Under the pieces are notes generated by a model that worked only from the letters and a program-made list of their open reading frames with translations, was not told the DNA's origin and did not search any database. DNA of 64,000 nucleotides from Antedon mediterranea (taxonomy: Eukaryota; Animalia; Echinodermata): positions 27,286,437 through 27,350,436 of the forward strand of contig NC_092672.1 in NCBI RefSeq assembly GCF_964355755.1. Direction: 5' to 3'. The position numbers and the translations under genes were made by a program. Below, one piece after another: positions 52,601 through 61,296 of the stretch (positions are counted from its first letter, which is position 1; each line of letters opens with the position of its first letter).

Positions 52601-55571
52601 TAAATTCATTGACTATGGCCTAAGATTTATGTCAAATGATGGTGATTTTCCGTTGTCAAGATTTTCCACTGAAGGAGGCGAGCATAGCCATTACGACAGG
52701 AATTGCTTTTATTTTCACCATACTACAAGGAATGGAGGAAAAAGTAATTTTGACCCTAATTTTGCTCAATTTAATACAACATGGAAACGGTTATCTTATG
52801 AAATTTTAAATTGTACCAATGACGAGGCCAAAAAATCTTTTAAAGAGTATGTTGCTATGCATGAAGCAGCATCTAAAATACAGCGTTGTTTTAGATTATT
52901 TAATGTAAAAAACAACTTGAAAAAATTAGGTTTTATTCAAAGTCCGCAAACAAAACAAGAAAAGTCAAATAACTTATCATGTCTATCTAATTTGGTGGCT
53001 AAGAACACACAAGAAGTTGATTGTCAGAATAAAATCTTTTCTGGCAAGACTTTCATTTTAATTGGAAATGTTCCTAAGTATAAAGGAGAAAAAATGACAC
53101 AGCCAAAAATAACCAAATTAATTTTAGATAATGGTGGAAAAGTACGGAAAAGTCTCCCCGGAACTGCCAAGGGAAATTCCACAAAAAAGTTCATAATTTT
53201 AGCTACTCTCTCAGAAGGCAAAAATGTTGCCAGTGTTATAAAGAATGCTCTGAGAAAACATTGTAAAGTAGTAGACTATAGCTATGTGTACAAGTCAATA
53301 GACTTGGATAATTTAGAAATGTTTTCTGCTCATCAATCCCCACTTATTAAACAAATAAAGTCTAAAATTTCTGTTCTACCAACTCTTAACCAAGTACATT
53401 TTAAAAAGAATTTTCGAATGATTTCAATGCTAAAAGGGCCACGTAAAACCAAACCTTGTAGGAAAGATGTGTTGATGACCTGTGCAAAAAATGTTGCAGT
53501 GTTTTATGGTAATTTAAAAAGGAAAGAATTTTGCAAGCTTAACAAAAACTTAACGTTCAGAGAATCTCGTGGCATATTTGTAAAGCATATTAAAGAGTAC
53601 TCTACATTAAATATTGTAGAAAAAGATAGGTACGTACAAATGTGGTTAAATAAGAAAAATGAAAAAAATAACCAGGCAAAAAGAATACAGGCACTTAAAG
53701 CTTACAATTGCCCACAAACACCACATTTTAAAGTTGTTGGAAACTGGAAAAAAACATCATCATAATTGTACACAATATAGTCAAACATTTAAATTTTAAG
53801 TCAAATGTTGATATGAATCACTTTCAAAGATAAATCATTTTTCTGTGCAGTACTTCAATGAGAGTACAGTATTCAATGATTTCTAAAATCAAATTTGGTT
53901 ACATTTACCATACTGTATATCAATGGCTTTAAGAATATAATGGGGTACTGAGTGGAAATGAGTTTCTTTAAAGGCAAGCTGATAAATATTGTGTTAGTGT
54001 CTTTTTTGTATGTAACAGTTATATATTTAAAGTAAATTTACAGTAGGCCGTACTTGCTTTTTGTACCGTGTTAATGCAATGGATAATGCCTTTAAACTGG
54101 AATAATGGTTATGATGGTTGATTATTTATTTTTCATTGATTTTAATATTATACAGTAGTACAGTTTTTTTTAATCATTTTGTTGTACAGCTATTGTGTAA
54201 TGTGTAAATAAACAGTAGTTCATTTTTTTTAATTTGACAGTAGGCCTACAGTTTTATGTATCCCATAAATAAATCCTATTACTGATTTCTAATATAAATC
54301 AAATGTTGTTATATCAAATCAATGACTTTACCCAATAATGGGATACACAGTTCATCATAGTGGTATTGAATTTCTTTAAAGGCAAGCTGATAAATATTGT
54401 TTTGTTTTTTGTATGTAACAGTTATAAAGTAAATTTACAGTATGAAGCTTTTTTACCATGTTAATGGATAATGCCTTTAAACTGGACATAGTAATTGTTA
54501 TGGTTGATTATTTTCCAGTGACTTTAATGTTTTTACAGGTTTTTATCATGTTGTTGTACAGCTATTGTGTAATAGGGAGTAAAAAGAATTTTCTTTTTTT
54601 AAATTTGACAGTACAGTTTTATGCATCCTATTTACTTGTTAACTGATAAAATAAATACAAACAACATAAAATAGTGAATTTTAGATTTGTTTCTTAAAAA
54701 AATAATTTGCATGGTATTTACTTTGCAGTAGTAGGCCTAATTGGTGAAAGCTACTCAAATATTTCTATTAGATGATGCATTTCATTTGTAAAAAATATGT
54801 TGTTTAATGAATAAATATTTGGATATTATATTCGTTTCAGTTCTATTTTGTTGAGTGTTTTGGTTGCTGCCTTTTTTTTAATGTTCAGTAAAAAAGATCA
54901 CAGGAAATACCTAGATAGCTTACATGCTTTAATCCATTTAGCATTTAATGAGGTCACATGCTGAGTAAAGTCATTAGGCTGTCACTATCAAGGTCAGGCG
55001 AAACCTGGTTCAAAAGTTAGAAATTTGGTAAGAGGGAAAGTTTCCTCATGTAATAGGACAGCATTTGAAGGATCATAACGTGATTGTTAATCCAAGTAAA
55101 ATTAATTCATGTTTTAGTATACTTAGGAAATGCAAAAACAAATTTGACTGTCTTATCTATGAAATGTTGTATATCAGACAATTAAAACCTAGTCTGAATA
55201 AACAAAGTGACTCTGTAAAAGCTAAGCTTTTCATTTGACAGGATGTTAGACAATAGGTCTTTTGTTATTTAAACTTTGACCCTTGGCTTGTGCTACTTAA
55301 TTAGTTGTTGTTTTATATTTTATTCATTGGACTTGATAATGACCCCATGATGGAGTCGAAACGTCGTTCTCTTTTAAGCGTTATTTTTATATTATGTATT
55401 TACAATAAACGTACCCTCATTATTATTACATTATGTATTGAATAATTATATATTGAATAATTTTTAAATTATTTATTTATTAGGTGGGTGTTATATAACG
55501 ACAACAAAGTAGCATTGTCTGAGAAGCTTCCATATGATCTTGGCTATTTATACTTGTACCAACGTCACTGA
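28637..55571 (+). CDS. USP5: Ubiquitin carboxyl-terminal hydrolase 5 (USP5/USP13 family), 21 exons: 28637-28735, 29995-30120, 30703-30760, 31173-31294, 31956-32050, 32659-32894, 33417-33511, 33990-34126, 37587-37643, 38122-38193, 39235-39319, 39421-39543, 39626-39779, 40312-40492, 40745-40833, 41235-41339, 42120-42263, 42501-42637, 43192-43318, 43745-43829, 55484-55571
   Basis: ZnF-UBP ([27 protein letters not shown]), Cys box NLGNS|[15 protein letters not shown], two UBA domains (LVSMGF, IESMGF), and His box [20 protein letters not shown]|WVLYND. Splice junctions are GT-AG. Confidence 0.93.
28995..29851. mobile_element. MITE/foldback element with about 105-bp TIRs in USP5 intron 1
   Basis: 28995-29103 is the near-perfect reverse complement of about 29733-29851. 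Confidence 0.8.
34293..35897. mobile_element. Non-autonomous Kolobok-type DNA element with TTAA target duplication
   Basis: TTAA|AGGGGGATTCTGGGT ... ACCCGGAACCCCCCT|TTAA. No internal transposase ORF. Confidence 0.65.
35953..37551 (+). mobile_element. Helentron/DINE-like element (family C)
   Basis: Sub-terminal inverted repeats TTGGTTATCCGC / GCGGATAACCAA, 3' hairpin ACTCGTCAAAGTGACGAGT, and (ATC)n near the 5' end. Confidence 0.7.
38770..39115. mobile_element. TTAA-flanked MITE with AGATGTATTGTCCCC TIRs (Kolobok-type)
   Basis: TTAA on both sides. Another full copy at 55664-55952, and single ends at about 16845 and 62600. Confidence 0.75.
41395..42060. repeat. Degenerate GT-rich intronic repeat
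   Basis: Recurrent GGTATGGTACAAGATACTGGTG and ATGGTTGTGGTGAG motifs. Confidence 0.6.
43865..44165 (+). mobile_element. Penelope-like element, 5' part (GIY-YIG N-half, with an inverted upstream segment)
   Basis: [28 protein letters not shown] at about 44070-44155. 43865-44005 on the minus strand encodes the preceding [22 protein letters not shown]. Confidence 0.8.
44932..48233 (+). CDS. Transposon gene A, about 420 aa, N-terminal Tudor/chromo-barrel-like domain. Exons 44932-45154, 45907-46131, 46801-46889, 47366-47440, 47583-48233.
   Basis: All introns are GT-AG with phases 1,1,0,0, giving one open frame. The N-terminus reads [31 protein letters not shown]. Confidence 0.7.
48342..53765 (+). 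CDS. Transposon gene B, 1807 aa: USP-like protease, two Bro-N-like repeats, RAG1/Transib-like DDE transposase, IQ, BRCT and HMG-box-like domains
   Basis: Uninterrupted 5.4-kb ORF. Protease motifs GASCSVDC (C22), GHF (H235), NDM (D251). Transposase motifs IKIQGD (D1075), YLGGDE (D1151), CILH (H1223), TPYM, FSTEGGE (E1447). Tail motifs [10 protein letters not shown] and [19 protein letters not shown]. Confidence 0.8.
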   Translation: MDKVIHFSNGLLCKKHHHGASCSVDCLLEIFYWGVFPYTKKLFFNHPLLLRLLSVCQLRKTFPLSAPLPCNIREPVWDWLVDNLPNGFGPKGTNHAEIIQAFDCLTDTSFLTTFASKQQCQNCSSTINITSQCNPVFLYSQSFNEKYPRQFSSCVEKLIKQSLSHRVRDCFNCNSCNKQILELKGQCLMPEFLILNLGLKEWQNCQKPPVVVPETTNIHGSNYILTSAVQMEPGHFISICKTTAGYSVINDMSKSIVTYNTFAAAANRNPQILGTSEPIASSDGIGQKGGIHMLVYAKLSTNHLPAFVFKPKNKVEENLSGNVQKDKGHMTDLNDNLQSTNDSITSPLSDTCTPKIVKKRSISPTSQKTNIQTKKVKQGKENKNVCSSTPLSTRMSKPAKRDILKDIKVPVFDSVANIKVDKIKKSSPKLIGIQIPKNSIVEIGFKTICSKDLPFTLYKSRVFFSCPETFQLLGQTKEISRQGYAKHDRILEANGLNPTELFLSHGRQRKWIDKEALMVILKHCSFKRQNLINLIKTELQDKFKKTRFSERNESVTVNCNTKSSLSDEKIVFHNCTSNTQQNKASNVAKMSEKNESVTVNCNTKSSLLDDSEKIMYDNCTSNSITQQTTTSIGKKHSKKNDATVNSKTRSSLLDEKIMYDNCASNSNTQQGTRNVGEMSPEKDSVTVTSKTKIPLKAEVEKCQVNTKNKPDISETNYSVTEKSKNKCTITENQTCNLPNMTKINSPIITRVSDDKICQMKNTEVINCSKNVDITTKEIKTSRLPNVSEKNFSSTWPINVGTLIINGNNVRYALNMDKNDIYLSTDDIFSAVGLLKHVKKEGFKTIDRHLLNEGLDPKSCFTLNGIKRNYITVHAVYVLISSFSSKTISVDKKKSLCTDLVLTLQNVVIKLLNSNKPKENDGMLQINSKEKLLECLSSMISCTKAKNHQQFTADDITTSLYRATIQSKKGSKIVRETVTNLYSAINPLYAEDIIHCRENFSGVRLFHRLRKLLPGILPSNRNILETSAKLNQSMRAVLCPRRTSTGWYIDPVRLVEILLFRYPFLENKLHIKIQGDAAKMGGRHVTYIGISFINHEFKLQNLSYQNPKEIYPVALFYESDSRDNLEENLKHPFMNRLLNISHPNSQFYLGGDEMFIQSILDDESVLGPTTESGWNIYHKCDKQSKKDVSNNGMRTDLDVPMDRVHPSNLLSDIPLARVFPCILHWISRCTEKLLTIEVEQIISLGNKLSQGNKNSTNFEDLLRNLESNITLRGLPNFRISLDKNGKVEKISLNKDHALTILCPNPPGKQTYQHVLENVVPKNKITNPLPFNIRQFLKLDYDFTELECVKMIWQSLYTMFEILQKEPKPQIKQDCIEGTLKPCDYVWGYTELQKSTYKFHAERLYQLVTIRYGWKNITPYMIKFIDYGLRFMSNDGDFPLSRFSTEGGEHSHYDRNCFYFHHTTRNGGKSNFDPNFAQFNTTWKRLSYEILNCTNDEAKKSFKEYVAMHEAASKIQRCFRLFNVKNNLKKLGFIQSPQTKQEKSNNLSCLSNLVAKNTQEVDCQNKIFSGKTFILIGNVPKYKGEKMTQPKITKLILDNGGKVRKSLPGTAKGNSTKKFIILATLSEGKNVASVIKNALRKHCKVVDYSYVYKSIDLDNLEMFSAHQSPLIKQIKSKISVLPTLNQVHFKKNFRMISMLKGPRKTKPCRKDVLMTCAKNVAVFYGNLKRKEFCKLNKNLTFRESRGIFVKHIKEYSTLNIVEKDRYVQMWLNKKNEKNNQAKRIQALKAYNCPQTPHFKVVGNWKKTSS
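55051..55430 (+). mobile_element. Penelope-like element, 3' part (GIY-YIG C-half and 3' UTR)
   Basis: [45 protein letters not shown], followed by the hammerhead-like TTGATAATGACCCCATGATGGAGTCGAAACG. Confidence 0.8.
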
Positions 55572-56329
55572 TAATACTGACCATCTGATGGCAGCAGACA
55601 GTTCATACCATTAGCAATATATAATTGAACATTTTGAGTACATGCATGTGACAATCTATTTAAAGATGTATTTGTCCCACTGACAATTTTTTTAAATTAT
55701 TTTTTTGTTGAATATGGCATTTCAAGGTTCCATAATAGTTATTCACTTTGACCAAAAATTGGATTGGAAAAATGATTTACTTGAAAAGACTGGCTGCCAG
55801 CCAATAGGTTTTTGGTTGACTTAGCCGTTAAATGTTTTTAATAATTAAAAACATTATTGTTTTGGTTTTTTGGTGAATAAAACTAGAAATAGAACTACAA
55901 CATTGCCTAAAGTCCGATTAAAAAAAAAATGTTTTTGGGAGACAATACATCTTTAAGCTGAATATAGACACTGCAAAACTAAGTTTTGGGTTGTGTTTTA
56001 AATAGATACATGTTACTTTTAAATTGAAATTCAGTTTTTTTTGTTAAGGCATATTTTTTATTATAATGTATTAACCATCTTTAGAGAGGATATCACATGC
56101 ATTTTTTCTGATAACTGATATTTCAGAATCCTCTATAAATCGAAATAAAATACATATTCAACATAAATATGAAAACGTTTATAAAGAAAATAAAACAATA
56201 CAAAGCAAACAAATTCAGATGTTAAAATAATAAAATCATTATTAAATAAATGATAATAATGCAATACTATGACCATATATAGCAATATTATTTCATAATA
56301 ATGGAGTTTTTTTGTGGACATAACTGCTG

Positions 56330-56960
56330 GTACAGGGAAATTTTCTAAAAATGGCCAAATTTCAACCCTTATATTTTTTTACATAACTGCTACTTAAACA
56401 ATAATTGGAATGCACAGAATCACATAATGTGTTCTGCGCATATACCTCAACATATTCTAAAAAGTCAATATTTATTTTCCATTTTTTGAAAAATGTCAAA
56501 ATTTTGACCCTTATTTTTTTTACATAACTGGTTACTATAGCAAAATTGACTTGTGAAGAATCACATATGTGGTGTAAGTCAATATTTTTGGCAATTTCTT
56601 TTTAAATAACTGGTTACCACCCTAATTGACTTGACTTTTCCCTATTATAATATATTTTTGGCCTATTTTTTAAAATGAATCTATATATATACCTAGTACA
56701 GGAAAATTCACCAACCCGACTCGAAAATGTTGGAAATATGGCAAAAATTTGACCCTTTTATTTTTTACATAGCTGGTTACCATACAATAATTGACATGTA
56801 CAGAATCACATAATGCATTCGGTGCATTATTTTCGAAAAATGACAAAATTTCAGTATTATACCACCGTAAATGCGCAGAATTACTGCGCATGTAGTTTTT
56901 CGAAAAATCAATGCTAATAATAGTACAGGGAAATGAACAATTTCGAAAAATTGCCCTTTT
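56330..56960. repeat. Degenerate tandem repeat
   Basis: Recurrent AAATTTGACCCTT..TTTTTACATAACTGGTTAC..AGAATCACATAATG blocks. Confidence 0.55.
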
Positions 56961-58837
56961 AAATTTTTTTTTATGGTAATTAATAACACAATATTTGCGC
57001 ATGGCAATAAACCTTCAGGACACAGCAAATTGTTCCTTTGTCGAAAAGGGATGTCCCAAAAAAAGGGTTTACTATAATAATAATGTTTAGATTTTGAATA
57101 AATACAGTATTTAAAAGTGCAGATAAAGTTTATTTCCATATCTTATACACAATTTCAATCATTTATAAACAATAAATATATCTTTTTCTTTTACTATAGT
57201 ATTATTACACATAGTTTACAATAATAAATTTCACAACATGACTTAACTTAATTCAGATTGATGGAATGTTCAGACCACATCAGGTCAAAGTTTAACCTAT
57301 GTCACTGCTACGCCTCGCATCTAGAGTTCATAAATTCATCAAGGTAGTGTTCTCCCAGTATTATAGAAATCAATTCTGGAATTAAGCTTGAGTAGGAATA
57401 AGCTATCATATCTTATCTTATTATCAATAATCCTACAATTGACAAAATATAGTTTCTGATTATCCTCCTCAGTCAACTCTCCCATTCTCGGGGACACCTT
57501 TGAGCTGGCCAATTACTGTATGTCTGGTTTTCCAGAAAGCCTGGTATTCGGAATGTGCTTTTAATGTTAAAAAGGAATTCCGTATCTTTTGGTCTGGTAT
57601 TGGGAGAGTTTCTGGTTTTCTGTGTTTACAACTTACTAGATAAGTGTTTATTTTATGTTATATTTTCTTACACTGTTTTTAATACCGGTTGGAAGCAGTT
57701 TATTCCGTTAAATCATGCTGGTAAACCGGTTTTGGCAGAACACTGTAGGGGCTAGATCTACTATTTTATTTTTGACTTGGTCAGTGTTGCTGAGAGGCTT
57801 CCATTGGGATAGCTATCTGACGATGCATGTTTAAACATTTCCTGTGAACATTGGGCCTGTTTCTGCTGCAAAAACTGTTTAATAACTGAGTGAATAAATT
57901 ACCCCCAATTAATTAATAATGAAAATTTTAAAAATCATTGGTTTTTCAAACGTGCAACTCTTAGATGCAACGCAAAATAACAATTATTTGATTGACAGTA
58001 TAGTATAAAGTTTGACCGCCTGATCGCATTGCATTTTGGGTAATGTTTTTGTCAACGACCAGATCACTTATTTAAACGGATTATTTGGGAGCACAAATTT
58101 AGCAGAAATGCAGACGGTTTAAAAATTATATTTTGAATAAACTGTTTATTCAGCACTATGCAGCAGAAACAGGCCACTATCAATCTACGTCTTATCAACA
58201 ATGGCAAATCACTAGACTACATGCCTATTGAGTCAAAAAGTCATTCTGCATATGCATATATATAAGTGGAAAGGTCACTACGGTACAATAATATAAAGTG
58301 AAAAACTCTAAACCTGCACACTCATCAAAATAATGCTAAAATAAACAAACTGTTACGTTTTTTTAAAACCCAAATATACATACTTTTAGAATAAACCTTC
58401 GGGCCAGTAAATTAGTTTTTTAGTGGCCCGAATTCAATTTACTTGTTTTGTATCATGATTAGTTTTTAAAATTAACTCTTCCACAGTTTTAAATGTTCAT
58501 TTATTTAGCACATTTTGTTGTTAAGTGCTCTTAATTTAAAATTATATGATACAGTATTTACAATGTCATAGCTATAAAACTTAATAGTGCATTTAAATTA
58601 AGGCAACTCGAAGAAACTCCTTAAAACATTAATTTTTTAAAAATTAATAAAATAAAAACTAAAAAAAAAAATGGAATAAGTTATAAAAAGAAATAAAATT
58701 AAACCCCCAAACTAGCTGTGAAAGACGGGCACCACAATGACTTCGAGCTTTTCGATAATCAACATGATCATTGTGGGAACTTGACGATATAAAAATGTTA
58801 TAAAAAATATTATGTAAAACCATTCTGTGAATTTATT

Positions 58838-61296
58838 TCAAATGTGCCAGAGACAAGAACAACAAGCCGTTGGCTCATAGCAGACGCCTGTCCGTTCTTT
58901 GCGATTCAATACAGAGTTTGGAAAGAAGTAGTTCAAGAGCCAAAATGGTATCATTACCATTAAAAATGCTGAAAAAGAAAAATAATTTGTGTGTTCAAAA
59001 TAAATATGTAACAAAAAAAATTGAATTATACAAATAATGAATGTTCTGTATTTGTTGAATGGTGAGAATATAATCTTTGAAAAAGATTGATTTCTCTATT
59101 TAATGAGGTGGTGTCGAATGAAATATTTTTATCATTAAAATAGACTTTGAATCATTGACTATAAGGCTAGACTTGGAAAATAATGAATGTCTTAAATTTG
59201 TGCAATGGAAGAAATTATTCATTCGGTGAAAGATGACAATTTGTTCTATTTTCACCGTATTAAATTATTTGTACCAATGCACTCATAAACATTCAATAGT
59301 TGTTTAATATAGTATACTTTTATTTTCATACAGTAACAATATAAAAAATAAACCATATTTAAGTCAAAAGAGGCTCAAAAAGTAAAAAAATTTCGCCTAT
59401 CAAATCATTTGTTAGGCCTAATGATGAATTACTTACCGAAAGATGTTACAGTGAGAACTGCAGCTGAAACAGACAGATAGTAAAGCTCCAGGGTGTTGTT
59501 TCTCTGATGGAAAAAAAAAACAATCCAATTTACAAATAGCAAGAGCAATTAGAGATTACATACCTCCGCCAATGTATAAAAAAACTATGTAGTATCAGAC
59601 AATCATCACACAGCCTAGGCCCTAAAAGTGATCCAGAATTAGGATGGCCATTTAAAGTAAGCTTTAGGCTGGGTGAAAGGCCTTTGGTCCTTGCCAATTT
59701 CCATCAGAGGTGGATTTAGAGAAAAGGGAGGAGGTATGGGTTTCAGGCCTTTCACCCACCCTTTATACTTCACTTGAAAAGAATTTAAGTACACAAACCA
59801 TTTACCACACTATACTTACACAATCAACAGCTAATGAAGCGAAAACAGTTAGAGTTAAGCCCATTACAAAAGCTATGACACCAAAGATGTGAAAAGCTAG
59901 CTTCACCTCCCATGGTACAGGGTCCATCAACGAGAATATAAAACTGAAGCCTGGAAGAAACAAGCAAATTAACATATTTTAAAGCTCTGTTTACACTATC
60001 ACATTTTATGTGGCAAACAAATGTAATGTGCCCATATTGGGACACTGCCATATTTGGGTCCATGAGCTTAAAACTAGTAAGGAATTATGTGTAAAGAGAA
60101 GTCACCCTAAAATCTGTGTGGGTGCAATTTTCTGTATATTTTTACTGTTTTATTTATATAATGATACGCCAGTTTCCATAACAAATTTCTGTTAATTCTT
60201 TTTAATGGACAAATAAAGATACTATGACTATGACTAAAAAAGTAAATTTTATTTGATAATATACATACCAATCATGAAGAAAGTAAAAACAATGGAGACA
60301 ATAAGAAAATCAAATAAATGCTGGCCACAATACCGAGTTGAATGCTCCCTACAAAGTAAAAACAATATTATTCAAATGACAATAACACGACGATACACGT
60401 TCTAACACCCTAAAGCTCTGTCTACACTATCAAACTAGTTTGATGATAAAAAAATGTGTGATGTGCTCAAATATGGTAGCGATGTGGCATTATCGTGTCA
60501 ATATATGGACACATCACATTTTTTGTCAAATAAAGTTTGATATTGTAGATAGAGCTTATAAGATTGTGAGTGTTAAATTGCTATCAATGGAAAACCACAC
60601 CATGTTGGAACTTGGTACAATTTGATTCTTTTTAAAATGCAATTGAAGTTTTGTGTCATTTCGTATCTATACCAAAAACTGAACTCGGCTAGTAGACATG
60701 TTGGTTTTTTAAAAGCATGCATTTCAATTAGAAATCTTTGGTATTTGTTACCATTTTTCAGTTCGTGATATTTGGATAATAAAATGAATGTCCTTTTTGT
60801 TGAGTTATTAAAGGCAGTAATTTACCAGCCATTATGTTTACTTTGGAAGTCGGTCGGTTGGTTTAATTTATTGCATAATTTACATTTGACGTACATTTTC
60901 CCAAAGGTTTTATTATTTTGGATAATTACCTGGACAATACGAACAATTGAGGAAACAGCAACCCGAATGAAAACAGAACAATTACAATTCGACTGAAAAT
61001 AAATAAAAGTTATTCAATAGAAAGATATAGAGCATTAATACAGCCCAAAGGCTGAATTGCAAAATATTTTTTTTTAAATAAAAAAAATTAATATACAGGA
61101 CATTCAAATATTAAACAATTTAAAATCTGGAACTACTGTACACTTCAGTTTAATTATAACAACTTGTAATACAGCTTAAAAAGTTTTGTTGATAATAATT
61201 AGTATTAAAGATAAAAACGTACATTTTAAGTCTGTTGTTTTTCGGGAACCAACGTATCAAGTGATAAACAACATGAGCGAAAGTATACCACCACAT
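58838..61296 (-). CDS. Uncharacterised 181-aa multi-pass membrane protein. Exons 61296-61223, 60992-60930, 60348-60269, 59950-59820, 59503-59437, 58968-58838.
   Basis: Six GT-AG exons with compatible phases (2,2,1,0,1) give MWWYTFAHVVYHLIRWFPK..HSTRYCGQHLFDFLIVSIVF..VCYEPTACCSCLWHI*, with about four hydrophobic helices. The gene is absent from the ORF track. Confidence 0.8.

Larger units (their letters stand above)
44166..55050 (+). mobile_element. 10,885-bp two-gene DNA transposon with RAG1/Transib-like DDE transposase, CATG termini and TA target duplication
   Basis: Left end CATGCCGAAACTTTCCCTCTTACCA versus right-end reverse complement CATGAGGAAACTTTCCCTCTTACCA (23/25 identical). A second inverted block AACCAGGTTT(T/C)GCCTGA lies at 44227-44243 and 54994-55010. 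TA occurs at 44164-44165 and 55051-55052. Confidence 0.88.

Noticed and set aside
49439-53221. Antisense ORFs within gene B, and similar ones over the NLR and PTCHD3-like genes
   Set aside because: Shadow frames of long coding regions with no recognisable motifs.
44166-55050. Polinton/Maverick, endogenous virus, piggyBac or Tc1/mariner
   Set aside because: No pPolB, integrase or capsid motifs; only TA (not TTAA) is duplicated; the core lacks DD34E spacing and resembles RAG1/Transib.
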